Made by a program: the position numbers and the translations under genes | Notes under the pieces: model-generated | The model's database searches: none | What the model was told of the DNA's origin: nothing | Seen by the model: only the letters and a program-made list of their open reading frames with translations | Shown here: one piece after another, positions 7,872 through 17,283 of the stretch | Layout of the letters: every line of letters starts with the position of its first letter | Position numbering within the stretch: position 1 is the stretch's first letter | IMG/VR virus record: IMGVR_UViG_3300028603_000035 | DNA: 64,000 bases | Reading direction: 5' to 3' (one strand) | Origin: an uncultured virus (IMG/VR IMGVR_UViG_3300028603_000035) | Lineage: Duplodnaviria > Heunggongvirae > Uroviricota > Caudoviricetes > Crassvirales

Positions 7872-8996
7872 ATGAGTAAAGTAATACAAGTACAAGAACG
7901 TCAAGATGCCCTTCTGAAAGCATCTGACCTCCCGGAAGTGAAAAAAGCAGAACTAATGCTGAAAATGCAGTCTTATACGGACACCATAAAACAAATGAAA
8001 CAACAAGCTGACGCATTAGTAATAACAGATAGTTCTCAAACAGACCTTATCAATGCTGCTAAAGACGGAGCAAGACATATTGCTAAAGTGAGAATAGCTA
8101 TAAATAAAGTACGTAAAAACCTCGGAGGAGATTACTACAAACAATATAAACTTATCAATTCTATAGCGAATATTCTATTAGACGAACTAAATCCTATAGA
8201 AGAAGATTTAAAGCTAAAAAGTAAATTTGTAGAAATAGAGAAAGAGAAAAAAGAAAAAGCTCTATCGGAAGAAAGATTATTGCTTTTAGAGCCGTATAAG
8301 GACTTTATTCCTAAAGAAGCTAATTATGGTTCGATAAGCGAAGAAGAGTTCCAGAACGTGCTTAAAACGGCTAAATTAGCCTATGACCAAGCACAGAAGA
8401 TAGAAAGAGATAAGATATTAGACCTGATAAATACAAGAGCGGAAAAATTAAAAGATATGGGCTTTGAATATAACAAGCAATATCATTCTTATTCTTACTT
8501 CCATGAAGGGAATATGGAGTTGGACATATCCATAGACCTTATTATTTCTAAATGTACAGATGAAGAATGGGAGCTTGTATTAAAAGAACAAGCTCAAAAA
8601 TTATTAGCCATTACACAAAAATATCAGGTATATAAAGATGAACAGGCTAAAAGAGAAAAAGAAGTAGAAGAACATCTCAAAAAAAGAGAAGAAGAATTAA
8701 TCAATCAAAAAATAAAAGAAATAGGATTGATAAAAGATGCTCTCAGAAAAGAGATGAAAAAAAATATTCCTACCTCTACACCTATAGTCAAAGACGAAGC
8801 TAATATAGAAAGAGATGATATGCTTCCTGTGGCTAAAACAGAAAAAGATGAACATTATGCTATGCGTTATATACAGGAATATCTTTCAAATATGAAGTTT
8901 CCCGATGTTCGTAAAGGATATAAATACGAAAAAGAATATAAAGGAATACAGAAACGAATAAGCGATATATTAAAGTATTTAAAAACTATTTTATGA
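7872..8996 (+). CDS. coiled-coil phage protein
   Basis: 374 aa, K/E-rich and helical throughout. Confidence 0.75.
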   Translation: MSKVIQVQERQDALLKASDLPEVKKAELMLKMQSYTDTIKQMKQQADALVITDSSQTDLINAAKDGARHIAKVRIAINKVRKNLGGDYYKQYKLINSIANILLDELNPIEEDLKLKSKFVEIEKEKKEKALSEERLLLLEPYKDFIPKEANYGSISEEEFQNVLKTAKLAYDQAQKIERDKILDLINTRAEKLKDMGFEYNKQYHSYSYFHEGNMELDISIDLIISKCTDEEWELVLKEQAQKLLAITQKYQVYKDEQAKREKEVEEHLKKREEELINQKIKEIGLIKDALRKEMKKNIPTSTPIVKDEANIERDDMLPVAKTEKDEHYAMRYIQEYLSNMKFPDVRKGYKYEKEYKGIQKRISDILKYLKTIL

Positions 8997-9015
8997 GAAA
9001 TATTAAGTTTTAAAA

Positions 9016-9382
9016 GTGAAAAATAAAATGGGAGAATTTAGAAAAAAAACAGTGGTAATCGAAGCATTGGAATTGGATGAAACCAAAACCACGTTTGAAA
9101 AAATAGATTACAGCAAATATGAATGTCCTTATTCTCATTTAGAAAAAGAATGTGGACATGAATTGCATAGCCCAGAAGGCTACCAAGATATATACAGCGT
9201 ATGGTGTCAATGTGGATTTCGTGCACCAGTATTTTACTTAGACCCTGTTGTTTTAGGGTTAAAGCTAAAAGGTAGAACTGATGATAGCAAATAGGTTTGT
9301 CAAAAATGTGGCGAACTTGTTGACGGGTAGAAATGTAACATTTGAAGAATATCACGAAGGTTGTGGCGGTCGCTGTGTATAA
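9016..9382 (+). pseudogene. chimeric/degraded Zn-finger ORF
   Basis: FRKKTVVIEA start and Cys-rich middle. After the TAG at 9292 the frame continues VCQKCGELVDG, and a shifted frame continues RNVTFEEYHEGCGGRCV*. Confidence 0.5.
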
Positions 9383-9390
9383 TTACGCAC

Positions 9391-9450
9391 AACATCGGAA
9401 TAAACGAAATAAATAATTAACTTAATTAAAAAATTAAATAAATAATCAAT
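9391..9450 (+). repeat. 60-bp direct repeat, copy 1
   Basis: 58/60 identical to 10402-10461. Confidence 0.9.
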
Positions 9451-9463
9451 AAAAAAAATAAAG

Positions 9464-9940
9464 ATGAAAACCCTTAATAGAATTTCACTTTGTTTATGTG
9501 TTGCTTTAATAATTTACATTTTCTTTTCAGAAATTCAATCCATTAAAACTGAAATTCAATCCATTAAAACTGAAAAACAATTTGTTCCATTAACCGACTT
9601 TGAGCTTATCGAACTTGCAATTATATGGCAGGAATCGAAAGCAAATCCAAATCCGAAATACTCTGACGGGAAAAGTGAAGGTATATTACAAATAACTCCT
9701 ATTTACGTAAAAGAAGCAAATCGAATCTTAGGAAAGAACAAATATACCCTCTATGACCGCAGAAACCCGCTAAAATCGCACGAAATGTTCCTTGTGGTAC
9801 AGAATTACCACAATCCAGAAAAAGACGTGGAAAAAGCCGTTAAATTGCATAATAAGGGCAAGCGGTATTTTGAGGAGGTTATGGATAGGTACAATTGTTT
9901 GAAATTACATCAAGAAATATTAAAATTTAAAAACAGGTAA
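9464..9940 (+). CDS. membrane-anchored lytic transglycosylase / lysozyme-like protein (paralogue 2)
   Basis: TM helix; AIIWQESKA...SEGILQITPIYVKEAN...HNP...A.KLHN aligns with 7208-7723. Confidence 0.75.
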   Translation: MKTLNRISLCLCVALIIYIFFSEIQSIKTEIQSIKTEKQFVPLTDFELIELAIIWQESKANPNPKYSDGKSEGILQITPIYVKEANRILGKNKYTLYDRRNPLKSHEMFLVVQNYHNPEKDVEKAVKLHNKGKRYFEEVMDRYNCLKLHQEILKFKNR

Positions 9941-9943
9941 GAT

Positions 9944-10201
9944 ATGAAAGATCAACTGACAATAATAAGCGATGACCTAAATTACGACATCATAACTGAA
10001 GAAGAAGCACGAACCAAGTTATTGATTTTATTGGGTGTTAGAGATTCGTTGCCTATTAAAAGATACGATATTGATTTCGGAGGTAATGTAATGGCAGGAA
10101 TAGAGATAAAAGGACAATCACTAAAGGTATTCGGAGCTATGAATGGGTATGGTGATGGAATTGACGACGAAAGAATAAAAATAACTGAACGTAGGCAATG
10201 A
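9944..10201 (+). CDS. hypothetical protein
   Basis: 85-aa ORF starting 3 nt after the previous stop. Confidence 0.6.
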   Translation: MKDQLTIISDDLNYDIITEEEARTKLLILLGVRDSLPIKRYDIDFGGNVMAGIEIKGQSLKVFGAMNGYGDGIDDERIKITERRQ

Positions 10202-10401
10202 CCGCTAATAGCAGATTAGAAAGCAATGACTATCGGATTAACTTAAATATTAATTAGAAGCAATAGTGTTAAAACCAAGCACCATAACCGCTATTGCTGT
10301 TATACATTGTTATGGTGCGGTAAACCGATTGATAGTAGATATACTCCATGTTGCAGTTTGAAATGTTGGGATAAAAAATTTCTCTAAGCAAACTGTTTTA
10401 T

Positions 10402-10461
10402 AACATCGGAATAAACGCAATAAATAATTAACTTAATTAAAAAATTAAATAAATAAGCAAT
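10402..10461 (+). repeat. 60-bp direct repeat, copy 2
   Basis: 58/60 identical to 9391-9450; runs into the HNH start codon. Confidence 0.9.
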
Positions 10462-10807
10462 GAAAAAAGAAATAAGAATAAAAGTATATGAAAAATACGA
10501 CGGACATTGTGCGTATTGTGGAAAAGAGATAGCATATGAAGATATGCAAGTAGACCACCAACAGCCTAAAAGGCACGGCGGAAAAGACACCATTGATAAT
10601 CTTTTTCCTGCTTGTAGAAGATGTAATCATTATAAACGAGATATGAATTTAGAAACTTTTAGAATATATATAACAACTTTGCACGAAAGAGTGTCTACGC
10701 CTTATATTAACAAAGTAGCAATAGATTATGGTATACTGAAAGTAATACCATTTTTGGGAACGTTTTACTTTGAAAAAATTGATAAAAACATTCAGCAACG
10801 AAAATGA
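10460..10807 (+). CDS. HNH endonuclease
   Basis: CAYCG...QVDHQQPKRHGGKDTIDNLFPACRRCNHYK is a canonical HNH motif with Zn ligands. Confidence 0.92.
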   Translation: MKKEIRIKVYEKYDGHCAYCGKEIAYEDMQVDHQQPKRHGGKDTIDNLFPACRRCNHYKRDMNLETFRIYITTLHERVSTPYINKVAIDYGILKVIPFLGTFYFEKIDKNIQQRK

Positions 10808-10898
10808 TTTGGTAGTAGATTTAACAATGGGAAGCGGAAGTACAGGAGTTGCTTGTAAAAAACTAAATCGTAAATTTATTGTAAAACAAAATAAGTGA
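10779..10898 (+). pseudogene. C-terminal relic of a beta-class N6/N4 DNA methyltransferase
   Basis: My translation LIKTFSNENDLVVDLTMGSGSTGVACKKLNRKFI matches the SAM-binding motif I region; no catalytic DPPY part upstream. Confidence 0.75.
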
Positions 10899-10902
10899 AA
10901 TT

Positions 10903-11238
10903 ATGGGATATAAATGGAAACCTAACAAATCGCAAAGAAGGGCTTTTGCAATAGCAATGCAAGACTCAGACTTCGCCGCTTCTTATTATGAAGCTAAAGC
11001 AGAAAAAGCAGCTAAACGCCGTGCCACTTCAAAATTTAATTATGAAAGTGCAGGTGGGTATTATGTTCCCACGAAAGAGCAACACGACGCTGCATTTAAA
11101 TGCTTCGACGAATTAAAACTCACTCCTCAACAAGAGGAAGCGTGTAATAGAGTGATAAGCGGATATAGTCTTAATGAAAAAATACATCACGACAATATAC
11201 ATATCGTAAACGAATTAAAACGTGAACATAACTTTTAA
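10903..11238 (+). CDS. hypothetical phage protein
   Basis: 111-aa ORF with normal composition. Confidence 0.75.
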   Translation: MGYKWKPNKSQRRAFAIAMQDSDFAASYYEAKAEKAAKRRATSKFNYESAGGYYVPTKEQHDAAFKCFDELKLTPQQEEACNRVISGYSLNEKIHHDNIHIVNELKREHNF

Positions 11239-11249
11239 ATAATCTAATC

Positions 11250-11492
11250 ATGATTTATGTATTAACAGAATATAATGAAAAAGGGTCAGGATATGTTGCT
11301 TTGGTAACTACAGATAAGAAAGAAGCAATGAGCGAAAGACTATGTACATTAACAATAAAACAAGCATTGAAAAAGTACGGATTTAATTATTTTTACACAG
11401 GCTTTAGTGTAAAATCATCCGTAATAGCAAGCTATCCTTCTAAAAAAGCAATGAATGAAGGACGGTTTAAAACAAGAAATGAATGGTATTAA
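11250..11492 (+). CDS. hypothetical protein
   Basis: 80-aa ORF in the operon. Confidence 0.6.
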   Translation: MIYVLTEYNEKGSGYVALVTTDKKEAMSERLCTLTIKQALKKYGFNYFYTGFSVKSSVIASYPSKKAMNEGRFKTRNEWY

Positions 11493-12034
11493 TATTAAAA
11501 AAAACAAGTAAAAATTATATTATTATGGATGAATACGATAAACAAGCACAAGAGTTTTTAGATAAAACAAAAACAGAGATAACAATAGAATATAAAGAAA
11601 ACAACTATTACTTTAAAGATGATAGAAGTCCAAGAGATATTTACGATGTTACCCTTAAAAGAGGAAGTAGAGAATATAAATTTACATATGGAAATAGTCT
11701 TATACATAGCAAGCATTATGTTTCTCTTATAGACGAAAATGAATGGTTCACACTATCAGGATTTAACCTAAAAGGAAGACTTAAATGTACCAATGAAAAT
11801 TATTTAGAGGATTATTGTAAATTAATAGAAGGGAAACCTCCAAAACCGTATGCCATATTAGCTTGTTTAGAAAAACACCCTTACGGTTCATTTGAAGACT
11901 TCTGTTGTAATTATGGTTATAGTAACGATAGTATATCAGCAAAAGAAATATATGATAAAGTAAAGATTGAATATATGAGCTTAGCTACGCTATATAGTGA
12001 AGAAGAAATAGAGATGCTTAGAGAGATACAATAA
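11483..12034 (+). CDS. hypothetical phage protein (true start probably ATG 11525)
   Basis: MDEYDKQAQEFL...YAILACLEK..GSFEDFC.NYGY.NDS, a recurring phage hypothetical pattern. Confidence 0.7.
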   Translation: MVLILKKTSKNYIIMDEYDKQAQEFLDKTKTEITIEYKENNYYFKDDRSPRDIYDVTLKRGSREYKFTYGNSLIHSKHYVSLIDENEWFTLSGFNLKGRLKCTNENYLEDYCKLIEGKPPKPYAILACLEKHPYGSFEDFCCNYGYSNDSISAKEIYDKVKIEYMSLATLYSEEEIEMLREIQ

Positions 12035-12083
12035 AGAAGAATAGAGTACGTTAATAACTAACAACTGAAAATCTAAAAAAAAA

Positions 12084-12767
12084 ATGAGTATAGACGTAAA
12101 ACAAGAACTAATCGATTTAATAGCTGATATGGCAGTAGCTATAGAAGCAAGTAAAATAGAAGATGCCGAGTCTTTAGTGCAACGTGCCGACATCGCCTTG
12201 GAAACGCTAAAACAAGACTTGGATTATTATGATATAGTACAGTTTCATCCGGATGACCTACAACAAACATCTCTTAACAATATAACACTATTACGTTATA
12301 ACACTCCGGAAGTAATGGATAACATAGCGGAAAAACTATCTGAAATGATGCGTAGCGATGTATACTTCGATTCATTAGAAGTAGCAGCAAATTGTATTTA
12401 CGGTAAAGCTATGCGAGAACCGTTACCAAGAAATATGATAGCCGACAATTGGAAAGACTTCTATCGTATTATAATGAAAATGTACGATGAACAAATCACT
12501 GTAAGCATACAAGAAGAATGTGTTTTCAATGTATTAAAAAAGACGGTAGTAGAAATCGATAACGGTCGTGTAGTAGATGTTGTTATTTACAATAAAGAAT
12601 GTTTTAAAAGTTGGAAACGGTTAGATGACAATTATGCTGATGATTTAAAGATTAGCATACAAAATAAAATCAATGAAGACATCTACAATAAAAGTGAAGA
12701 AAAAGAATTAGACGACTTAGATGTCTTAGCAGATAGAAAAAACGATAATAATAAAGATTTAAAATAA
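12084..12767 (+). CDS. acidic hypothetical protein
   Basis: 227-aa ORF with a poly-A leader. Confidence 0.75.
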   Translation: MSIDVKQELIDLIADMAVAIEASKIEDAESLVQRADIALETLKQDLDYYDIVQFHPDDLQQTSLNNITLLRYNTPEVMDNIAEKLSEMMRSDVYFDSLEVAANCIYGKAMREPLPRNMIADNWKDFYRIIMKMYDEQITVSIQEECVFNVLKKTVVEIDNGRVVDVVIYNKECFKSWKRLDDNYADDLKISIQNKINEDIYNKSEEKELDDLDVLADRKNDNNKDLK

Positions 12768-12774
12768 AAATATT

Positions 12775-13374
12775 ATGGCTCAAGAAAAGAGAACAGGGAA
12801 GTTAATAGACTTCAAAGAAAAACTAAAAAATGGCGTACAAGACACGTGGGAACGTAAGGACTCCAAGACAGGACTAACACAAAAGTTTTTTATCTTCAAC
12901 GTTGCTTTCGACAATGGGGATACAGGAGAGGCTATGGCAACAAAAGGTATTCCTAATTGGACTGTAGGAGAAACTTATAATTACGTGTTGGAAAGCCGAG
13001 AATACAACGGCAAAACGTTTTATTCTGTCAGAGGAATGAACAGCACGTCTTTTAAGAAAGGTGCTGCCTACACCGCTAAAACAGCCAAAGAATGGCGTAG
13101 TCACGCTATGCAAGTAGCAATACGATGTACAGCACTATTGTACCAAAACAATAAAACATTATCTTTAAAGAAAGAACACGCCAACGCTATCACTACTAAA
13201 AATTATGATTGGATTATAAAAACAGTGGGCGATGACGACACCCTTTATTGGAGAGCTTTCAGTGTTTTGGAAAGTGCTATCTTATTTTATACGTCTTCAC
13301 ACTATGAAGAACTATATAAGATAGAACAAATCTTTAATTTGGCAACAGATAGTTTTATAAAATGCACGCTCTAA
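12775..13374 (+). CDS. putative single-stranded DNA-binding (OB-fold) protein
   Basis: Beta-rich N-terminal domain (TWERKD..FFIFNVAFDNGDTGEA..NWTVGETYNY) directly before the exonuclease and helicase; function inferred. Confidence 0.45.
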   Translation: MAQEKRTGKLIDFKEKLKNGVQDTWERKDSKTGLTQKFFIFNVAFDNGDTGEAMATKGIPNWTVGETYNYVLESREYNGKTFYSVRGMNSTSFKKGAAYTAKTAKEWRSHAMQVAIRCTALLYQNNKTLSLKKEHANAITTKNYDWIIKTVGDDDTLYWRAFSVLESAILFYTSSHYEELYKIEQIFNLATDSFIKCTL

Positions 13375-14306
13375 AAAGTATAAACAAAAAAGATTATCCT
13401 TTCAAAAGTATCAACCAAACACTCATAACTAATATAGTTAGCAATAGAGAAAATATAGACGACGGTTTTTTTATGTATAAAGAATATTGCCCGCAAAGAA
13501 TATTCTATAGAGACATCGCTAAATTGGTGGATGAAGTCCCTACGGAATCTCAATATAAAGGATTGTATTTTGAAAGTCTATTATTAGATAAGGAAGCTAA
13601 GACTATCCCTCTTACCAAGACAGGCAAAGTGCCTATAGACTATGAGAGGATACAAAAGCAAGCCACCAATGCTCAATTAATATTCTTAAAAAATGGCATC
13701 TCTGTAAGTAGAGGTATCAACACACAAGTGCCGTTATCATTCTATCAAAAAGAATTAGATATTGTCGTAAAAGGAAAATTAGACTTATTCCCCGCTCAGG
13801 TGTTTCTCGACGGAGAACTAAAAAAATGTATTGTCGATATTAAACTAACAGGCAATATAGACGATACATTTAGTCCTTATTCATGGGGAGACCCTACTAA
13901 AAGAGATAACATACAAGGGGATATGTATATGTGGCTTGTCAGAAACGTATTTCAAAATAATCTGTTCAAGGAGGTAAAAGAAAGAAATAAAGATTATAAC
14001 TATTTCTTTGTTTTCAATGATGATAATATAAGAGAAATTGTTGAAAAAGGAATATTATTCTTTTATTTTGTGTTCGGATATAAAGAAAGCGAAGAAAAAC
14101 CTTTGATGGAAAACGTTAAGATAATAGAGAGAGTAAGAACAGAACATAAAGAATATCAGATGTTGGGACGAATGGCGCAGGCTATAGAAGCCTTACGCAT
14201 AGACGAAGATAACGGTTGGAAGGCTAAGCCATCACAGATAGCGTGCGACAAATGCCCGCTAAAGAATATAGTATGTAATGAATATTTAGAAACTTTTAAA
14301 TGTTAG
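13362..14306 (+). CDS. Cas4/RecB-like PD-(D/E)XK exonuclease
   Basis: CPQR; KGKLDL...IVDIKLT; Q..MY; C-terminal CDKCPLKNIVC Fe-S-type cysteines. Confidence 0.8.
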   Translation: MHALKSINKKDYPFKSINQTLITNIVSNRENIDDGFFMYKEYCPQRIFYRDIAKLVDEVPTESQYKGLYFESLLLDKEAKTIPLTKTGKVPIDYERIQKQATNAQLIFLKNGISVSRGINTQVPLSFYQKELDIVVKGKLDLFPAQVFLDGELKKCIVDIKLTGNIDDTFSPYSWGDPTKRDNIQGDMYMWLVRNVFQNNLFKEVKERNKDYNYFFVFNDDNIREIVEKGILFFYFVFGYKESEEKPLMENVKIIERVRTEHKEYQMLGRMAQAIEALRIDEDNGWKAKPSQIACDKCPLKNIVCNEYLETFKC

Positions 14307-14310
14307 AAAT

Positions 14311-14538
14311 ATGAAAGAATTAAATTTAAAAGTAAAAGTAAAATACCATATTGAAGGGAACATCCCCGAAAGTATTAAAGAAGATGCCGTTATTACGGCT
14401 TTATTTAACGGTACACGCAACATCTCAGCTCAGGAATATGTATGTACTTTATCGAATATAGAGTTGCTTAAACAGCCTGTAAACGAATTGGATTTTGAAG
14501 TGAAAATAGAAGAAATAAAAACAACAAGAGATGAATGA
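14311..14538 (+). CDS. hypothetical protein
   Basis: 75-aa ORF, tightly packed. Confidence 0.6.
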   Translation: MKELNLKVKVKYHIEGNIPESIKEDAVITALFNGTRNISAQEYVCTLSNIELLKQPVNELDFEVKIEEIKTTRDE

Positions 14539-14803
14539 TTATTTCACAGATATTCATATATCTAAAACGTTTTACAATAACATCATAGCAGGATATAAAT
14601 TGTTCTCTTCCAAAGATAACGATAACATATTTGATAGTGCTACTATTATGGATAACGTAGAATCTAATATATGTGTAATACAAAACTCAGTTTCGGGTTG
14701 TTGTATCTTTATTCACTTAATTGCTTGCAACCCTTTAAAATACACAAAAACATATTTTAATATAGAAGATTTTATCAAGGAATGGAAAGACCGAACGATA
14801 TAG
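14531..14803 (+). CDS. hypothetical protein
   Basis: 90-aa ORF overlapping both neighbours. Confidence 0.55.
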   Translation: MNDYFTDIHISKTFYNNIIAGYKLFSSKDNDNIFDSATIMDNVESNICVIQNSVSGCCIFIHLIACNPLKYTKTYFNIEDFIKEWKDRTI

Positions 14804-16608
14804 ATGACGTTAAAAATAAAATAATACCGTTATCAAAGGACACTCCGCCTATTATAGATAGTCTGGTAGCTCTTTATCAAAAGGAGCTACCTTACGACTA
14901 TAAATTAGAATGTGCCGTATTGGAACATATCTTCACAGGAACGTTACCCTATAAAGCCTTTAACCATTATATGACTTCCGATGTATTCTATTTCAAAGAC
15001 CACCAAAACATATACAAGACATACATACTATGTATCAATAAGTATAACAAATCGGATGCTGTCTTAATGAAGAAAGAATGGGAAGCAAATAAAATATCTG
15101 AAAGAAACTTCGTAGAAATATATTCCAAGATAACGGAAAAAGCTAAAGCGATAAACTCTTTAATGCTATCACAAGAAACTCTGCTATCCTATATTCAAAT
15201 CCTATACGAATTATATCTGAGGCGTAAATATATTTATTCTAATGCTTACAACTTAGATAAAGCATTTCGTAGCGATGAAGATATTTTTAATCTCTATTCT
15301 AAATCTATTACTACCTACGAAAAACTTATCAATGTAGGTTTTAAAAATAGTCTGATAGAGACATCGGTGAATAATGCAGTAGACTATATCCTCAACAATG
15401 AAAAGATAGGATATTTCAAACTACACGATGATAAATTGGCTTCTTTCATACAACTAAAACCTAATCGTATCGTATTATTCCCTTCCGACAAAGGTGCGGG
15501 CAAAACATCTTTCATATCTTGGATAGTAGAAGGACTGTTAGAATGCAATGATAACATTGCTTGCTTATGGTTCTGCTTTGAAGATAGCGTCAACGAGATG
15601 ATATATAAATTTATCTCTCGAAAGACACGTCTCTCAGTAAAACAACTACAAGGAGTAGACTATGAATTGACGGAAACAGATAAAAAGAAAGTTAATGACG
15701 TAGCTACTATTCTTAAAACTAAGAATATTCAATTCGTAGATGAAATCTGTAGTGTAGAGGAAATAAAGAAATACACGAAGAATTTCAGCGAATACTTTAC
15801 CAAAAAGAATATAGTTGTTATTATTGACAATTTTGGTCTCATTTCTAAACGTGGTCTCACAGGAGATAATATAGAGAAAGAAAAGCAAATGGTAGAAGCT
15901 CTCAATAACCTACGTAAATCCACTAACAGTTGCATCTTAATACCGCACCATATAAATAAAGCTGCAACGGAGAAAGATAACTACAATGAAGGTTATAGAA
16001 TAAGAGATAACGATGTAAAAGGAGCAGGCGAACTACTAAACTACTTCCCTCAATGTTACTCTATCATCCGTCCGGGAAAGTATACCGACGTTGCCTCTGC
16101 TTACGAAAGCAATAGGCTTAATAGAAAGTATACCGACAAACCGTCTATCAAAGATTTTGAAAAGGACATTTGGGCTATCAACCCTAATGGCGACATTGCT
16201 AATGCTTGGGTGAAACTGAACATAGTCCTTAATTCTGTAACCAAAGACGGAGACAACAATTTAATAGACTATTCTTATGTCGTTAATAGATGGCGAGAAC
16301 ATATCAACGGTATGAATAGGATAAACAACAGCCGTGATGAAAGATTTAGAAGCAAGCTAACACCATTTGCAGAATTTATAGAAAACAAAATGTATGTGAA
16401 GACTAATGATACTACATCATTGCCTTTTGATAAGTTTTACTATGGCAAGATAAAGAAAAGACCGCATATCAACAGAATGTTTATAGTCGAAGCCATACGA
16501 GACCGATATAGTGATTTCACAGATAAAGATAAGGCGGTATTCAGATACCACCACGCCTTAGAATATAACGATTTTAAACCATTATACGATGAACCGAATG
16601 ACAATTGA
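14782..16608 (+). CDS. dnaB: DnaB-like replicative helicase
   Basis: DnaB N-domain pattern (LECAVL...FYFKDHQNIY), Walker A SDKGAGKTS, FEDS, Walker B VIIDNFGLI, and PHHINK. Confidence 0.85.
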   Translation: MERPNDIDDVKNKIIPLSKDTPPIIDSLVALYQKELPYDYKLECAVLEHIFTGTLPYKAFNHYMTSDVFYFKDHQNIYKTYILCINKYNKSDAVLMKKEWEANKISERNFVEIYSKITEKAKAINSLMLSQETLLSYIQILYELYLRRKYIYSNAYNLDKAFRSDEDIFNLYSKSITTYEKLINVGFKNSLIETSVNNAVDYILNNEKIGYFKLHDDKLASFIQLKPNRIVLFPSDKGAGKTSFISWIVEGLLECNDNIACLWFCFEDSVNEMIYKFISRKTRLSVKQLQGVDYELTETDKKKVNDVATILKTKNIQFVDEICSVEEIKKYTKNFSEYFTKKNIVVIIDNFGLISKRGLTGDNIEKEKQMVEALNNLRKSTNSCILIPHHINKAATEKDNYNEGYRIRDNDVKGAGELLNYFPQCYSIIRPGKYTDVASAYESNRLNRKYTDKPSIKDFEKDIWAINPNGDIANAWVKLNIVLNSVTKDGDNNLIDYSYVVNRWREHINGMNRINNSRDERFRSKLTPFAEFIENKMYVKTNDTTSLPFDKFYYGKIKKRPHINRMFIVEAIRDRYSDFTDKDKAVFRYHHALEYNDFKPLYDEPNDN

Positions 16609-17224
16609 AGAATATAAAGAATATCAAAGGACAGGTAAGCTCCCCGTAGAAAGGGAGCTTGCTACTCCGTCTCAACCGTGGATACACCCTGACATCACTA
16701 TAGACAAGCTACGAGAGAAAGTAAAAAACAAAGAAGCTATTTACATTCCGTATAATGTACCGTCGTCGAAGAACAGCAGAGAGGTTAAATCACGTTACAC
16801 GGGATTTTCCGACTGCTGTAATAGTAAATATCAAAAATTAGGTAAAAATGTCTACAAGTGCTTAAAATGTGGCTCTATTTGCAAATTAGGAACACGTATT
16901 ATCTTAGACTATTCAAAGACATGCTACACCTACTTTGAAAATACTAAATTCTACTTCATAAAAGAAAGAAATACCTTCCATAATATGAACCTACAATATC
17001 CTGTAGACTTAGGCTTCTTTTACTTTCGTGATAGCAAGAGAATATTCGACGGCATCAATGCAGCACAGGTGCTATGCGACCAAATGGTAAAGAATGATTG
17101 GGTGAAAGACGATAATATGCAATATATACGACACCACGACTTAGGATATGAAGTAAATAAAGCAGCAGCAGGTGTTATTATAGTGCCATTAGAGATTAAA
17201 TATAAAAATTTTAAAAATAAATGA
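16589..17224 (+). CDS. RusA-like Holliday junction resolvase with Zn-ribbon insertion
   Basis: NVPSSKNS; FYFRDSKRIFDGINAAQVLCD...WVKDDN matches the RusA DxxN..D..DD catalytic pattern. Confidence 0.75.
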   Translation: MNRMTIEEYKEYQRTGKLPVERELATPSQPWIHPDITIDKLREKVKNKEAIYIPYNVPSSKNSREVKSRYTGFSDCCNSKYQKLGKNVYKCLKCGSICKLGTRIILDYSKTCYTYFENTKFYFIKERNTFHNMNLQYPVDLGFFYFRDSKRIFDGINAAQVLCDQMVKNDWVKDDNMQYIRHHDLGYEVNKAAAGVIIVPLEIKYKNFKNK

Positions 17225-17283
17225 TTAAAAGATTTGAAGCACATATAAGCCAAATGACATTATCACTCTAAACAAAATAAAAT

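Noticed and set aside
9292..9330. Possible TAG-to-Gln recoding as in some crAss-like phages
   Set aside because: All long genes are intact under the standard code and TAG ends real genes (2042, 6114). This in-frame TAG sits beside a frameshift, so decay explains it better.
9391..10461. CRISPR array associated with the Cas4-like gene
   Set aside because: Only two repeats, 1 kb apart and 60 bp long; no cas1/cas2. Solo Cas4-like nucleases are common in phages.
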